A stretch of DNA of 64,000 nt from Eledone cirrhosa (taxonomy: Eukaryota), in NCBI GenBank assembly GCA_964016885.1, contig OZ024741.1, forward strand, positions 413,602,001-413,666,000, written 5' to 3'. Position numbers and translations under genes: made by a program. Positions 28,330-43,000 of this stretch are shown piece by piece. A model generated the notes under the pieces. The model was not told the DNA's origin and did no database searches. It was given only the letters and a program-made list of their open reading frames with translations. Position 1 is the stretch's first letter; each line of letters begins with the position of its first letter.

Positions 28330-31300
28330 CACAGCTCTGATATTACAGACATGTGGTTATAATGTCTCATGAAAGAATCACTGGATTGAGAGACCACAGC
28401 TCTGATACTACAGACATGTGGTTAGAATGTCTTAGGAAAGAATCTCCAAATTGAGAGATCACAGCTCTGATATTACAGGCATGTGCTGAGAAAGTCTCAT
28501 GAAAGAATCACTGGATTGAGAGATCACAGCTCTGATGCTACAGACATGTGGTTAGAATGTCTCATGAAAGAATCACTGGATTGAGAGATCACAGCTCTGA
28601 TACTATGGACATGTGGTTAGAATGTCTTAGGAAAGAATCTCTGAATTGAGAGATCACAGCTCTGATATTACAGGCATGTGGTTAGAATGTCTCATGAAAG
28701 AATCATTGGATTGAGAGATCACAGCTCTGATGCTACAGACATGTGGTTACAATGTCTCATGAAAGAATCACTGGATTGAGAGATCACAGCTCTGATACTA
28801 CAGACATGTGGTTAGAATGTCTCAGGAAAGTATCTCCAAATTGAGAGATCACAGCTCTGATACTACAGACATGTGGTTAGAATGTCTCAGGAAAGAATCA
28901 CTGGATTGAGAGATCACAGCTCTGATACTACAGACATGTGGTTAGAATGTCGCAGGAAAGAATCTCTGGATTGAGAGATCACAGCTCTGATATTACCGAT
29001 ATGTGGTTAGAACGTCTCAGGAAAGTATTTCTTGATTGACAGATCACAGTGCTGATACTATGGACATGTGGTTAGAATGTCTTAGGAAAGAATCTCCAGA
29101 TTGAGAGATCACAGCTCTGGTATTACAGACATGTGGTTAGAATGTCTCATGAAAGAATCACTGGATTGAGAGATCACAGCTCTGATACTACAGACATGTG
29201 GTTAGAATGTCTCAGGAAAGAATCTCTGGATTGAGAGATCACAGCTCTGATACTTCAGACATGTGGTTAGAATGTCTCAGGAAAGAATCTTCAAATTGAG
29301 AGATCACAGCTCTGATACTACAGACATGTGTTTAGAATGTCTCAGGAAAGAATCTCTGAATTGAGAGATCACAGTTCTGATACTATGGACATGTGGTTAG
29401 AATGTCTCAGGAAATGTTCTCCAAATTGAGAGATCACAGCTCTGATATTACAGGCATGTGGTTAGAATGTCTCATGAAAGAATCACTGGATTGAGAGATC
29501 ACAGCTCTGATACTACAGACATGTGGTTATAATGTCTCATGAAAGAATCACTGGATTGAGAGATCACAGCTCTGATACTACAGACATGTGGTCAGAATGT
29601 CTCAGGAAAGAATCTCTGAATTGAGAGATCACAGCTCTGATACTATGGACATGTGGTTAGAATGTCTCAAGAAAGAATCTCCAAATTGAGAGATCACAGC
29701 TCTGATACTACAGACATGTTGTTAGAATGTCTTAGGAAAGAATCTCCAAGTTGAGAGATCACAGCTCTGATATTACAGACATGTGATTATAATGTCTCAT
29801 GAAAGAATCATTGGATTGAGAGATCACAGCTCTGATACTACAGACATGTGGTTAGAAAGTCTCATGAAAGAATCTCTAAATTGAGAGATCACAGCTCTGA
29901 TATTACAGACATGTGGTTATAATGTCTCATGAAAGAATCACTGGATTGAGAGATCACAGCTCTGATACTACAGACATGTGGTTAGAATGTCGCAGGAAAG
30001 AATCTCCAAATTGAGAGATCACAGCTCTGATATTACAGACATGTGGTTATAATGTCTCATGAAAGAATCACTGGATTGAGAGAGCACAGCTCTGATACTA
30101 CAGACATGTGGTTAGAATGTCTTAGGAAAGAATCTCCAAATTGAGAGATCACAGCTCTGATATTACAGGCATGTGCTGAGAAAATCTCATGAAAGAATCA
30201 CTGGATTGAGAGATCACAGCTCTGATGCTACAGACATGTGGTTAGAATGTCTCATGAAAGAATCACTGGATTGAGAGATCACAGCTCTGATACTATGGAC
30301 ATGTGGTTAGAATGTCTTAGGAAAGAATCTCTGAATTGAGAGATCACAGCTCTGATATTACAGGCATGTGGTTAGAATGTCTCATGAAAGAATCATTGGA
30401 TTGAGAGATCACAGCTCTGATGCTACAGACATGTGGTTACAATGTCTCATGAAAGAATCACTGGATTGAGAGATCACAGCTCTGATACTACAGACATGTG
30501 GTTAGAATGTCTCAGGAAAGTATCTCCAAATTGAGAGATCACAGCTCTGATACTACAGACATGTGGTTAGAATGTCTCAGGAAAGAATCACTGGATTGAG
30601 AGATCACAGCTCTGATACTACAGACATGTGGTTAGAATGTCGCAGGAAAGAATCTCTGGATTGAGAGATCACAGCTCTGATATTACCGATATGTGGTTAG
30701 AACGTCTCAGGAAAGTATTTCTTGATTGACAGATCACAGTGCTGATACTATGGACATGTGGTTAGAATGTCTTAGGAAAGAATCTCCAGATTGAGAGATC
30801 ACAGATCTGATATTACAGACATGTGGTTAGAATGTCTCATGAAAGAATCACTGGATTGAGAGATCACAGCTCTGATACTACAGACATGTGTTTAGAATGT
30901 CTCAGGAAAGAATCTCTGAATTGAGAGATCACAGTTCTGATACTATGGACATGTGGTTAGAATGTCTCAGGAAATGTTCTCCAAATTGAGAGATCACAGC
31001 TCTGATATTACAGGCATGTGGTTAGAATGTCTCATGAAAGAATCACTGGATTGAGAGATCACAGCTCTGATACTACAGACATGTGGTTATAATGTCTCAT
31101 GAAAGAATCACTGGATTGAGAGATCACAGCTCTGATACTACAGACATGTGGTCAGAATGTCTCAGGAAAGAATCTCTGAATTGAGAGATCACAGCTCTGA
31201 TACTATGGACATGTGGTTAGAATGTCTCAAGAAAGAATCTCCAAATTGAGAGATCACAGCTCTGATACTACAGACATGTTGTTAGAATGTCTTAGGAAAG

Positions 31301-31650
31301 AATCTCCAAGTTGAGAGATCACAGCTCTGATATTACAGACATGTGATTATAATGTCTCATGAAAGAATCATTGGATTGAGAGATCACAGCTCTGATACTA
31401 CAGACATGTGGTTAGAAAGTCTCATGAAAGAATCTCTAAATTGAGAGATCACAGCTCTGATATTACAGACATGTGGTTATAATGTCTCATGAAAGAATCA
31501 CTGGATTGAGAGATCACAGCTCTGATACTACAGACATGTGGTTAGAATGTCGCAGGAAAGAATCTCCAAATTGAGAGATCACAGCTCTGATATTACAGAC
31601 ATGTGGTTATAATGTCTCATGAAAGAATCACTGGATTGAGAGATCACAGC
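28330..31650 (+). repeat. Tandem duplication, 26-monomer period (1690 bp; 24-mer distally)
   Basis: ccgat 28996/30686, gctgatacta 29051/30741 and ctgagaaa 28486/30176 are 1690 bp apart. gtcagaatgt 29591/31151 is 1560 bp apart. Confidence 0.88.
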
Positions 31651-32199
31651 TCTGATACTATGGACATGTGGTTAGAATGTCTTAGGAAAGAATCTCCAAA
31701 TTGAGAGATCACAGCTCTGATATTACTGGCATGTGGTTAGAATGTCTCAGGAAAGAATCACTGGATTGAGAGATCACAGCTCTGATATTACAGATGTGTG
31801 GTTAGAATGTCTCAGGAAAGAATTTCTGGATTGAGAGATCACAGTTCTGATACTATGGACATGTGGTTAGAATGTCTCAGGAAAGAATCACTGGATTGAG
31901 AGATCACAGCTCTGATACTACAGACATGTGGTTATAATGTCTCAGGAAACAATCTCTGAATTGAGAGATCACAGCTCTGATACTACAGACATGTGGTTAT
32001 AATGTCTCAGAAAACAATCTCTGAATTGAGAGATCACAGATTTGATACTACAGACATATGGTTAGAGTGACTCATGAAAGAATCACTGGATTGAGAGATC
32101 ACAGCTCTGATACTACAGACATGTGGTTAGAATGTCTCAGGAAAGAATCTCTGGATTGAGAGATCACAGTTCTGATACTATGGTCATGTGGTTAGAATG

Positions 32200-35100
32200 T
32201 CTCAGGAAAGAATCTCCAAATTGAGAGATCACAGCTCTGATACGACAGACATGTGGTTAGAATGTCTCAGGAAAGAATCACTGGATTGAGAGATCACAGC
32301 TCTGATACTACAGACATGTGGTTAGAATGTCGCAGGAAAGAATCTCTGGATTGAGAGATCACAGCTCTGATACTTCAGACATGTGGTTAGAATGTCTCAG
32401 GAAAGAATATCTGAATTCAGAGATCACAGTTCTGATACTATGGACATGTGGTTAGAATGTCTCAGGAAATTTTCTCCAAATTGAGAGATCACAGCTCTGA
32501 TATTACAGGCATGTTGTTAGAATGTCTCATGAAGGAATCACTGGATTGAAAGATCACAGCTCTGATACTACAGACATGTGGTTAGAACATCTCAGGAAAG
32601 AATCTCCAAATTGAGAGATCACAGCTCTGATACTACAGACATGTGGTTAGAATGTCTCAGGAAAGAATCACTGCATTGAGAGATCACAGCTCTGATATTA
32701 CAGACATGTGGTTATAATGTCTCATGAAAGAATCACTGGATTGAGAGATCACAGCTCTGATATTACAGACATGGGGTTAGAAAGCCTCAGGAAAGAATCT
32801 CTGGATTGAGAGATCACAGTTCTGATACTATGGACATGTGGTTAGAATATCTCAGGAAAGAATCTCCAAATTGAGAGATCACAGCTCTGATACTACAGAC
32901 ATGTGGGTAGCATGTCTCAGGAAAGAATCACTGGATTGAGAGATCACAGCTCTGATACTACAGACATGTGGTTAGAATGTCTTAGGAAAGAATCTCCAAG
33001 TTGAGAGATCACAGCTCTGATATTACAGACATGTGATTATAATGTCTCATGAAAGAATCATTGGATTGAGAGATCACAGCTCTGATTCTACAGACATGTG
33101 GTTAGAAAGTCTTAAGAAAGAATCTCTAAATTGAGGGATCACAGCTCTGATATTACAGACATGTGGTTATAATGTCTCATGAAAGAATCACTGGATTGAG
33201 AGATCACAGCTCTGATACTACAGACATGTGGTTAGAATGTCGCAGGAAAGAATCTCTGGATTGAGAGATCACAGCTCTGATATTACAGACATGTGTTTAT
33301 AATGTCTCATGAAAGAATCACTGGATTGAGAGATCACAGCTCTGATACTATGGACATGTGGTTAGAATGTCTTAGGAAAGAATCTCCAAATTGAGAGATC
33401 ACAGCTCTGATATTACAGGCATGTGGGTAGAATGTCTCATGAAAAAATCACTGGATTGAGAGATCACAGCTCTGATACTACAGACATGTGGTTAGAACGT
33501 CTCAGGAAAGAATCACTGGATTGAGAGATCACAGCTCTGATACTACAGACATGTGGTTAGAATGTCGTAGGAAAGAATGTCTGGATTGAGAGATCACAGC
33601 TCTGATATTACAGATGTGTGGTTAGAATGTCTCAGGAAAGAATTTCTGGATTGAGAGATCACAGTTCTGATACTATGGACATGTGGTTAGAATGTCTCAG
33701 GAAATAATCTCCAAATTGAGAGATCACAGCTCTGATACTACAGACATGTGGTTAGAATGTCTCAGGAAAGAATCACTGGATTGAGAGATCACAGCTCTGA
33801 TACTACAGACATGTGGTTATAATGTCTCAGGAAACAATCTCTGAATTGAGAGATCACAGCTTTGATACTACAGACATATGGTTAGAGTGACTCATGAAAG
33901 AATCACTGGATTGAGAGATCACAGCTCTGATACTACAGACATGTGGTTAGAATGTCGCAGGAAAGAATGTCTGGATTGAGAGATCACAGCTCTGATATTA
34001 CAGATGTGTGGTTAGAATGTCTCAGGAAAGAATATCTGAATTCAGAGATCACAGTTCTGATACTATGGACATGTGGTTAGAATGTCTCAGGAAATTTTCT
34101 CCAAATTGAGAGATCACAGCTCTGATATTACAGGCATGTGGTTAGAATGTCTCATGAAGGAATCACTGGATTGAAAGATCACAGCTCTGATACTACAGAC
34201 ATGTGGTTAGAACATCTCAGGAAAGAATCTCCAAATTGAGAGATCACAGCTCTGATACGACAGACATGTGGTTAGAATGTCTCAGGAAAGAATCACTGGA
34301 TTGAGAGATCACAGCTCTGATACTACAGACATGTGGTTAGAATGTCGCAGGAAAGAATCTCTGGATTGAGAGATCACAGCTCTGATACTTCAGACATGTG
34401 GTTAGAATGTCTCAGGAAAGAATATCTGAATTCAGAGATCACAGTTCTGATACTATGGACATGTGGTTAGAATGTCTCAGGAAATTTTCTCCAAATTGAG
34501 AGATCACAGCTCTGATATTACAGGCATGTTGTTAGAATGTCTCATGAAGGAATCACTGGATTGAAAGATCACAGCTCTGATACTACAGACATGTGGTTAG
34601 AACATCTCAGGAAAGAATCTCCAAATTGAGAGATCACAGCTCTGATACTACAGACATGTGGTTAGAATGTCTCAGGAAAGAATCACTGGATTGAGAGATC
34701 ACAGCTCTGATATTACAGACATGTGGTTATAATGTCTCATGAAAGAATCACTGGATTGAGAGATCACAGCTCTGATATTACAGACATGGGGTTAGAAAGC
34801 CTCAGGAAAGAATCTCTGGATTGAGAGATCACAGTTCTGATACTATGGACATGTGGTTAGAATATCTCAGGAAAGAATCTCCAAATTGAGAGATCACAGC
34901 TCTGATACTACAGACATGTGGGTAGCATGTCTCAGGAAAGAATCACTGGATTGAGAGATCACAGCTCTGATACTACAGACATGTGGTTAGAATGTCTTAG
35001 GAAAGAATCTCCAAGTTGAGAGATCACAGCTCTGATATTACAGACATGTGATTATAATGTCTCATGAAAGAATCATTGGATTGAGAGATCACAGCTCTGA

Positions 35101-36070
35101 TTCTACAGACATGTGGTTAGAAAGTCTTAAGAAAGAATCTCTAAATTGAGGGATCACAGCTCTGATATTACAGACATGTGGTTATAATGTCTCATGAAAG
35201 AATCACTGGATTGAGAGATCACAGCTCTGATACTACAGACATGTGGTTAGAATGTCGCAGGAAAGAATCTCTGGATTGAGAGATCACAGCTCTGATATTA
35301 CAGACATGTGTTTATAATGTCCCATGAAAGAATCACTGGATTGAGAGATCACAGCTCTGATACTATGGACATGTGGTTAGAATGTCTTAGGAAAGAATCT
35401 CCAAATTGAGAGATCACAGCTCTGATATTACAGGCATGTGGGTAGAATGTCTCATGAAAAAATCACTGGATTGAGAGATCACAGCTCTGATACTACAGAC
35501 ATGTGGTTAGAACGTCTCAGGAAAGAATCACTGGATTGAGAGATCACAGCTCTGATACTACAGACATGTGGTTAGAATGTCATAGGAAAGAATGTCTGGA
35601 TTGAGAGATCACAGCTCTGATATTACAGATGTGTGGTTAGAATGTCTCAGGAAAGAATTTCTGGATTGAGAGATCACAGTTCTGATACTATGGACATGTG
35701 GTTAGAATGTCTCAGGAAATAATCTCCAAATTGAGAGATCACAGCTCTGATACTACAGACATGTGGTTAGAATGTCTCAGGAAAGAATCACTGGATTGAG
35801 AGATCACAGCTCTGATACTACAGACATGTGGTTATAATGTCTCAGGAAACAATCTCTGAATTGAGAGATCACAGCTTTGATACTACAGACATATGGTTAG
35901 AGTGACTCATGAAAGAATCACTGGATTGAGAGATCACAGCTCTGATACTACAGACATGTGGTTAGAATGTCGCAGGAAAGAATGTCTGGATTGAGAGATC
36001 ACAGCTCTGATATTACAGATGTGTGGTTAGAATGTCTCAGGAAAGAATATCTGAATTCAGAGATCACAGC
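32200..36070 (+). repeat. Tandem duplication, 31-monomer period (2015 bp)
   Basis: aaagcctc 32781/34796, ggtagcatgt 32906/34921, GAATTC 32413/34428 and 34038/36053. Confidence 0.9.
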
Positions 36071-37049
36071 TCTGATATTACAGGCATGTGGTTAGAATGT
36101 CTCATGAAGGAATCACTGGATTGAAAGATCACAGCTCTGATACTACAGACATGTGGTTAGAACATCTCAGGAAAGAATCTCCAAATTGAGAGATCACAGC
36201 TCTGATACTACAGACATGTGGTTAGAATGTCTCAGGAAAGAATCACTGGATTGAGAGATCACAGCTCTGATATTACAGACATGTGGTTATAATGTCTCAT
36301 GAAAGAATCACTGGATTGAGAGATCACAGCTCTGATATTACAGACATGGGGTTAGAATGCTTCAGGAAAGAATCTCTGGATTGAGAGATCACAGTTCTGA
36401 TACTATGGACATGTGGTTAGAATATCTCAGGAAAGAATCTCCAAATTGAGAGATCTCAGCTCTGATATTACAGGCATGTGGTTAGAATGTCTCATGAAAG
36501 AATCACTGGATTGAGAGATCACAGCTCTGATACTTCAGACATGTGGTAAGAATGTCTCAGGAAAGAATCTCTAAATTGACAGATCACAGCTCTGATACTA
36601 CAGACATGTGGTTAGAATGTCTCAGGAAAGAATCTCTGAATTGAGAGATCACAGTTCTGATACTATGGACATGTGGTTAGAATGTCTCAGGAAATTTTCT
36701 CCAAATTGAGAGATCACAGCTCTGATATTACAGGCATGTGGTTAGAATGTCTCATGAAAGAATCACTGGATTGAGAGATCACAGCTCTGATGCTACAGAC
36801 ATGTGGTTAGAATGTCTCAGGAAAGAATCTCCAAATTGAGAGATCACAGCTCTGATATTACAGACATGTGATTATAATGTCTCATGAAAGAATCATTGGA
36901 TTGAGAGATCACAGCTCTGATACTACAGACATGTGGTTAGAATGTCTTAGGAAATTTTCTCCAAATTGAGGGATCACAGCTCTGATATTACAGACATGGG
37001 GTTAGAATGCCTCAGGAAAGAATCTCTGGATTGAGAGATCACAGTTCTG

Positions 37050-40000
37050 ATACTACAGACATGTGGTTAGAATGTCGCAGAAAAGAATGTCCAAATTGAG
37101 AGATCACAGCTCTGATATTACAGATATGTGGTTAGAATGTCTCAGGAAAGAATCACTGGATTGAGAGATCACAGCTCTGATACTACAGACATGTGGTTAT
37201 AATGTCTCAGGAAACAATCTCTGAATTGAGAGATCACAGCTTTGATACTATAGACATGTGGTTAGAATGTCTCAGGAAAGAATCACTGGATTGAGAGATC
37301 ACAGCTCTGATACTACAGACATGTGGTTATAATGTCTCATGAAAAAATCACTGGATTGAGAGATCACAGCTCTGATACTACAGACATGTGGTTAGAACAT
37401 CTCAGGAAAGAATCACTGGATTGAGAGATCACAGTTCTGATACTATGGACATGTGTTTAGAATGTCTCAGGAAAGAATCTCCAAATTGAGAGATCACAGC
37501 TCTGATACTACAGACATGTGGTTAGAATGTCTCATGAAAGAATCACTGGATTGAGAGATCACAGCTCTGATACTACAGACATGTGGTTAGAATGTCTCAG
37601 GAAATAATCTCCAAATTGAGAGATCACAGCTCTGATACTACAGACATGTGGTTAGAATGTCTTAGGAAAGAATCACTGGATTGAGAGATCACAGCTCTGA
37701 TACTACAGACATGTGGTTATAATGTCTCAGGAAACAATATCTGAATTGAGAGATCACAGCTTTGATACTACAGACATATGGTTAGAGTGACGCATGAAAG
37801 AATCACTGGATTGTGAGATCACAGCTCTGATACTACAGACATGTGGTTAGAATGTCTCAGGAAAGAATCTCTGGATTGAGAGATCACAGTTCTGATACTA
37901 TGGACATGTGGTTAGAATGTCTCAGGAAAGAATCTCCAAATTGAGAGATCACAGCTCTGATACGACAGACATGTGGTTAGAATGTCTCAGGAAAGAATCA
38001 CTGGATTGAGAGATCACAGCTCTGATACTACAGACATGTGGTTAGAATGTCGCAGGAAAGAATCTCTGGATTGAGAGATCACAGCTCTGATACTTCAGAC
38101 ATGTGGTTAGAATGTCTCAGGAAAGAATATCTGAATTCAGAGATCACAGTTCTGATACTATGGACATGTGGTTAGAATGTCTCAGGAAATTTTCTCCAAA
38201 TTGAGAGATCACAGCTCTGATATTACAGGCATGTGGTTAGAATGTCTCATGAAGGAATCACTGGATTGAAAGATCACAGCTCTGATACTACAGACATGTG
38301 GTTAGAACATCTCAGGAAAGAATCTCCAAATTGAGAGATCACAGCTCTGATATTACAGACATGTGGTTAGAATGTCTCAGGAAAGAATCACTGGATTGAG
38401 AGATCACAGCTCTAATACTACAGACAAGTGGTTAGAATGTCGCAGGAAAGAATGTCTGGATTGAGAGATCACAGCTCTGATACTTCAGACATGTGGTTAG
38501 AATGTCTTAGGAAAGAATCTCCAAATTGAGAGATCACAGCTCTGATATTACAGGCATGTCCTGAGAAAGTCTCATGAAAGAATCACTGGATTGAGAGATC
38601 ACAGCTCTGATGCTACAGACATGTGGTTAGAATGTCTCATGAAAGAATCACTGGATTGAGAGATCACAGCTCTGATACTATGGACATGTGGTTAGAATGT
38701 CTTAGGAAAGAATCTCTGAATTGAGAGATCACAGCTCTGATATTACAGGCATGTGGTTAGAATGTCTCATGAAAGAATCATTGGATTGAGAGATCACAGC
38801 TCTGATGCTACAGACATGTGGTTAGAATGTCTCATGAAAGAATCACTGGATTGAGAGATCACAGCTCTGATGCTACAGACATGTGGTTATAATGTCTCAT
38901 GAAAGAATCACTGGATTGAGAGATCACAGCTCTGATACTACAGACATGTGGTCAGAATGTCTCAGGAAAGAATCTCCAAATTGAGAGATCACAGCTCTGA
39001 TACTACAGACATGTGGTTAGAATGTCTCAGGAAAGAATCACTGGATTGAGAGATCACAGCTCTGATACTACAGACATGTGGTTAGAATGTCACAGGAAAG
39101 AATCTCTGGATTGAGAGATCACAGCTCTGATATTACCGATATGTGGTTAGAACGTCTCAGGAAAGTATTTCTTGATTGATAGATCACAGTTCTGATACTA
39201 TGGACATGTGGTTAGAATGTCTTAGGAAAGAATCTCCAGATTGAGAGATCACAGCTCTGATATTACAGACATGTGGTTAGAATGTCTCATGAAAGAATCA
39301 CTGGATTGAGATATCACAGCTCTGATACTACAGACATGTGGTTAGAATGTCTCAGGAAAGAATCTCTGGATTGAGAGATCACAGCTCTGATACTTCAGAC
39401 ATGTGGTTAGAATGTCTCAGGAAAGAATCTCCAAATTGAGAGATCACAGCTCTGATACTACAGACATGTGTTTAGAATGTCTCAGGAAAGAATCTCTGAA
39501 TTGAGAGATCACAGATCTGATACTATGGACATGTGGTTAGAATGTCTCAGGAAATGTTCTCCAAATTGAGAGATCACAGCTCTGATATTACAGGCATGTG
39601 GTTAGAATGTCTCATGAAAGAATCACTGGATTGAGAGATCACAGCTCTGATACTACAGACATGTGGTCAGAATGTCTCAGGAAAGAATCTCTGAATTGAG
39701 AGATCACAGCTCTGATACTATGGACATGTGGTTAGAATGTCTCAAGAAAGAATCTCCAAATTGAGAGATCACAGCTCTGATACTACAGACATGTGGTTAG
39801 AATGTCACATGAAAGAATCACTGGATTGAGAGATCACAGCTCTGATACTACAGACATGTGGTTAGAATGTCGCAGGAAAGAATCTCTGGATTGAGAGATC
39901 ACAGCTCTGATATTACAGACATGTGGTTATAATGTCTCATGAAAGAATCACTGGATTGAGAGATCACAGCTCTGATACTATAGACATGTGGTTAGAATGT

Positions 40001-43000
40001 CGTAGGAAAGAATCTCCAAATTGAGAGATCACAGCTCTGATATTACAGGCATGTGGTTAGAATGTCTCATGAAAGAATCTCTGGATTGAGAGATCACAGC
40101 TCTGATACTTCAGACATGTGGTTAGAATGTCTCAGGAAAGAACCTCTGAATTGAGAGATCACAGTTCTGATACTATGGACATGTGGTTAGAACGTCTCAG
40201 GAAATTTTCTCCAAATTGAGAGATCACAGCTCTGATATTACAGACATGTGGTTAGAAAGTCTCATGAAAGAATCTCTAAATTGAGAGATCACAGCTCTGA
40301 TATTACAGACATGTGGTTATAATGTCTCATGAAAGAATCACTGGATTGAGAGATCACAGCTCTGATACTACAGACATGTGGTTAGAATGTCGCAGGAAAG
40401 AATCTCTGGATTTAGAGATCACAGCTCTGATATTACAGACATGTGGTTATAATGTCTCATGAAAGAATCACTGGATTGAGAGATCACAGCTCTGATACTA
40501 TGGACATGTGGTTAGAATGTCTTAGGAAAGAATCTCCAAATTGAGAGATCACAGCTCTGATATTACAGGCATGTGGTTAGAATGACTCATGAAAAAATCA
40601 CTGGATTGAGAGATCACAGCTCTGATACTACAGACATGTGGTTAGAACGTCTCAGGAAAGAATCACTGGATTGAGAGATCACAGCTCTGATACTACAGAC
40701 ATGTGGTTAGAATGTCGCAGGAAAGAATGTCTGGATTGAGAGATCACAGCTCTGATATTACAGATGTGTGGTTAGAATGTCTCAGGAAAGAATTTCTGGA
40801 TTGAGAGATCACAGTTCTGATACTATGGACATGTGGTTAGAATGTCTCAGGAAAGAATCTCCAAATTGAGAGATCACAGCTCTGATACTACAGACATGTG
40901 GTTAGAATGTCTCAGGAAAGAATCACTGGATTGAGAGATCACAGCTCTGATATTACAGACATGTGGTTATAGTGTCTCATGAAAGAATCACTGGATTGAG
41001 AGATCACAGCTCTGATATTACAGACATGGGGTTAGAATGCCTCAGGAAAGAATCTCTGGATTGAGAGATCACAGTTCTGATACTATGAACATGTGGTTAG
41101 AATATCTCAGGAAAGAATCTCCAAATTGAGAGATCTCAGCTCTGATACTACAGACATGTGGTTAGAATGTCTTAGGAAAGAATCTCCAAATTGAGAGATC
41201 ACAGCTCTGATACTTCAGACATGTGGTAAGAATGTCTCAGGAAAGAATCTCTAAATTGACAGATCACAGCTCTGATACTACAGACATGTGGTTAGAATGT
41301 CTCAGGAAAGAATCTCTGAATTGAGAGATCACAGTTCTGATACTATGGACATGTGGTTAGAATGTCTCAGGAAATTTTCTCCAAATTGAGAGATCACAGC
41401 TCTGATATTACAGGCATGTGGTTAGAATGTCTCATGAAAGAATCACTGGATTGAGAGATCACCGCTCTGATTCTACAGACATGTGATTATAATGTCTCAT
41501 GAAAGAATCATAGGATTGAGAGATCACAGCTCTGATACTACAGACATGTGGTTAGAAAGTCTCATGAAAGAATCTCTAAATTGGGAGATCACAGCTCTGA
41601 TATTACAGACATGTGGTTATAATGTCTCATGAAAGAATCACTGGATTGAGAGATCACAGCTCTGATACTACAGACATGTGGTTAGAATGTCGCAGGAAAG
41701 AATCTCTGGATTGAGAGATCACAGCACTGATATTACAGACATGTGGTTATAATGTCTCATGAAAGAATCACTGGATTGAGAGATCACAGCTCTGATACTA
41801 TGGACATGTGGTTAGAATTTCTTAGGAAAGAATCTCCAAATTGAGAGATCACAGCTCTGATATTACAAGCATGTGGTTAGAATGTCTCATGAAAAAATCA
41901 CTGGATTGAGAGATCACAGCTCTGATACTACAGACATGTGGTTAGAACGTCTCAGGAAAGAATCACTGGATTGAGAGATCACAGTTCTGATACTACAGAC
42001 ATGTGGTTAGAATGTCGCAGAAAAGAATGTCCAAATTGAGAGATCACAGCTCTGATATTACAGATATGTGGTTAGAATGTCTCAGGAAAGAATCACTGGA
42101 TTGAGAGATCACAGCTCTGATACTACAGACATGTGGTTATAATGTCTCAGGAAACAATCTCTGAATTGAGAGATCACAGCTTTGATACTACAGACATGTG
42201 GTTAGAATGTCTCAGGAAAGAATCACTGGATTGAGAGATCACAGCTCTGATACTACAGACATGTGGTTATAATGTCTCATGAAAAAATCACTGGATTGAG
42301 AGATCACAGCTCTGATACTACAGACATGTGGTTAGAACATCTCAGGAAAGAATCACTGGATTGAGAGATCACAGTTCTGATACTATGGACATGTGTTTAG
42401 AATGTCTCAGGAAAGAATCTCCAAATTGAGAGATCACAGCTCTGATACTACAGACATGTGGTTAGAATGTCTCATGAAAGAATCACTGGATTGAGAGATC
42501 ACAGCTCTGATACTACAGACATGTGGTTAGAATGTCTCAGGAAATAATCTCCAAATTGAGAGATCACAGCTCTGATACTACAGACATGTGGTTAGAATGT
42601 CTCAGGAAAGAATCACTGGATTGTGAGATCACAGCTCTGATACTACAGACATGTGGTTAGAATGTCTCAGGAAAGAATCTCTGGATTGGGAGATCACAGT
42701 TCTGATACTATGGACATGTGGTTAGAATGTCTCAGGAAAGAATCTCCAAATTGAGAGATCACAGCTCTGATACGACAGACATGTGGTTAGAATGTCTCAG
42801 GAAAGAATCACTGGATTGAGAGATCACAGCTCTGATACTACAGACATGTGGTTAGAATGTCGCAGGAAAGAATCTCTGGATTGAGAGATCACAGCTCTGA
42901 TACTTCAGACATGTGGTTAGAATGTCTCAGGAAAGAATATCTGAATTCAGAGATCACAGTTCTGATACTATGGACATGTGGTTAGAATGTCTCAGGAAAT

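Noticed and set aside
38552-38561. Perfect p53 half-site AGGCATGTCC in a variant monomer (also near 43362, 49536, 55776, 57011)
   Set aside because: These are isolated half-sites. A p53 response element needs two adjacent RRRCWWGYYY decamers, and the consensus AGACATGTGG fails the YYY positions.
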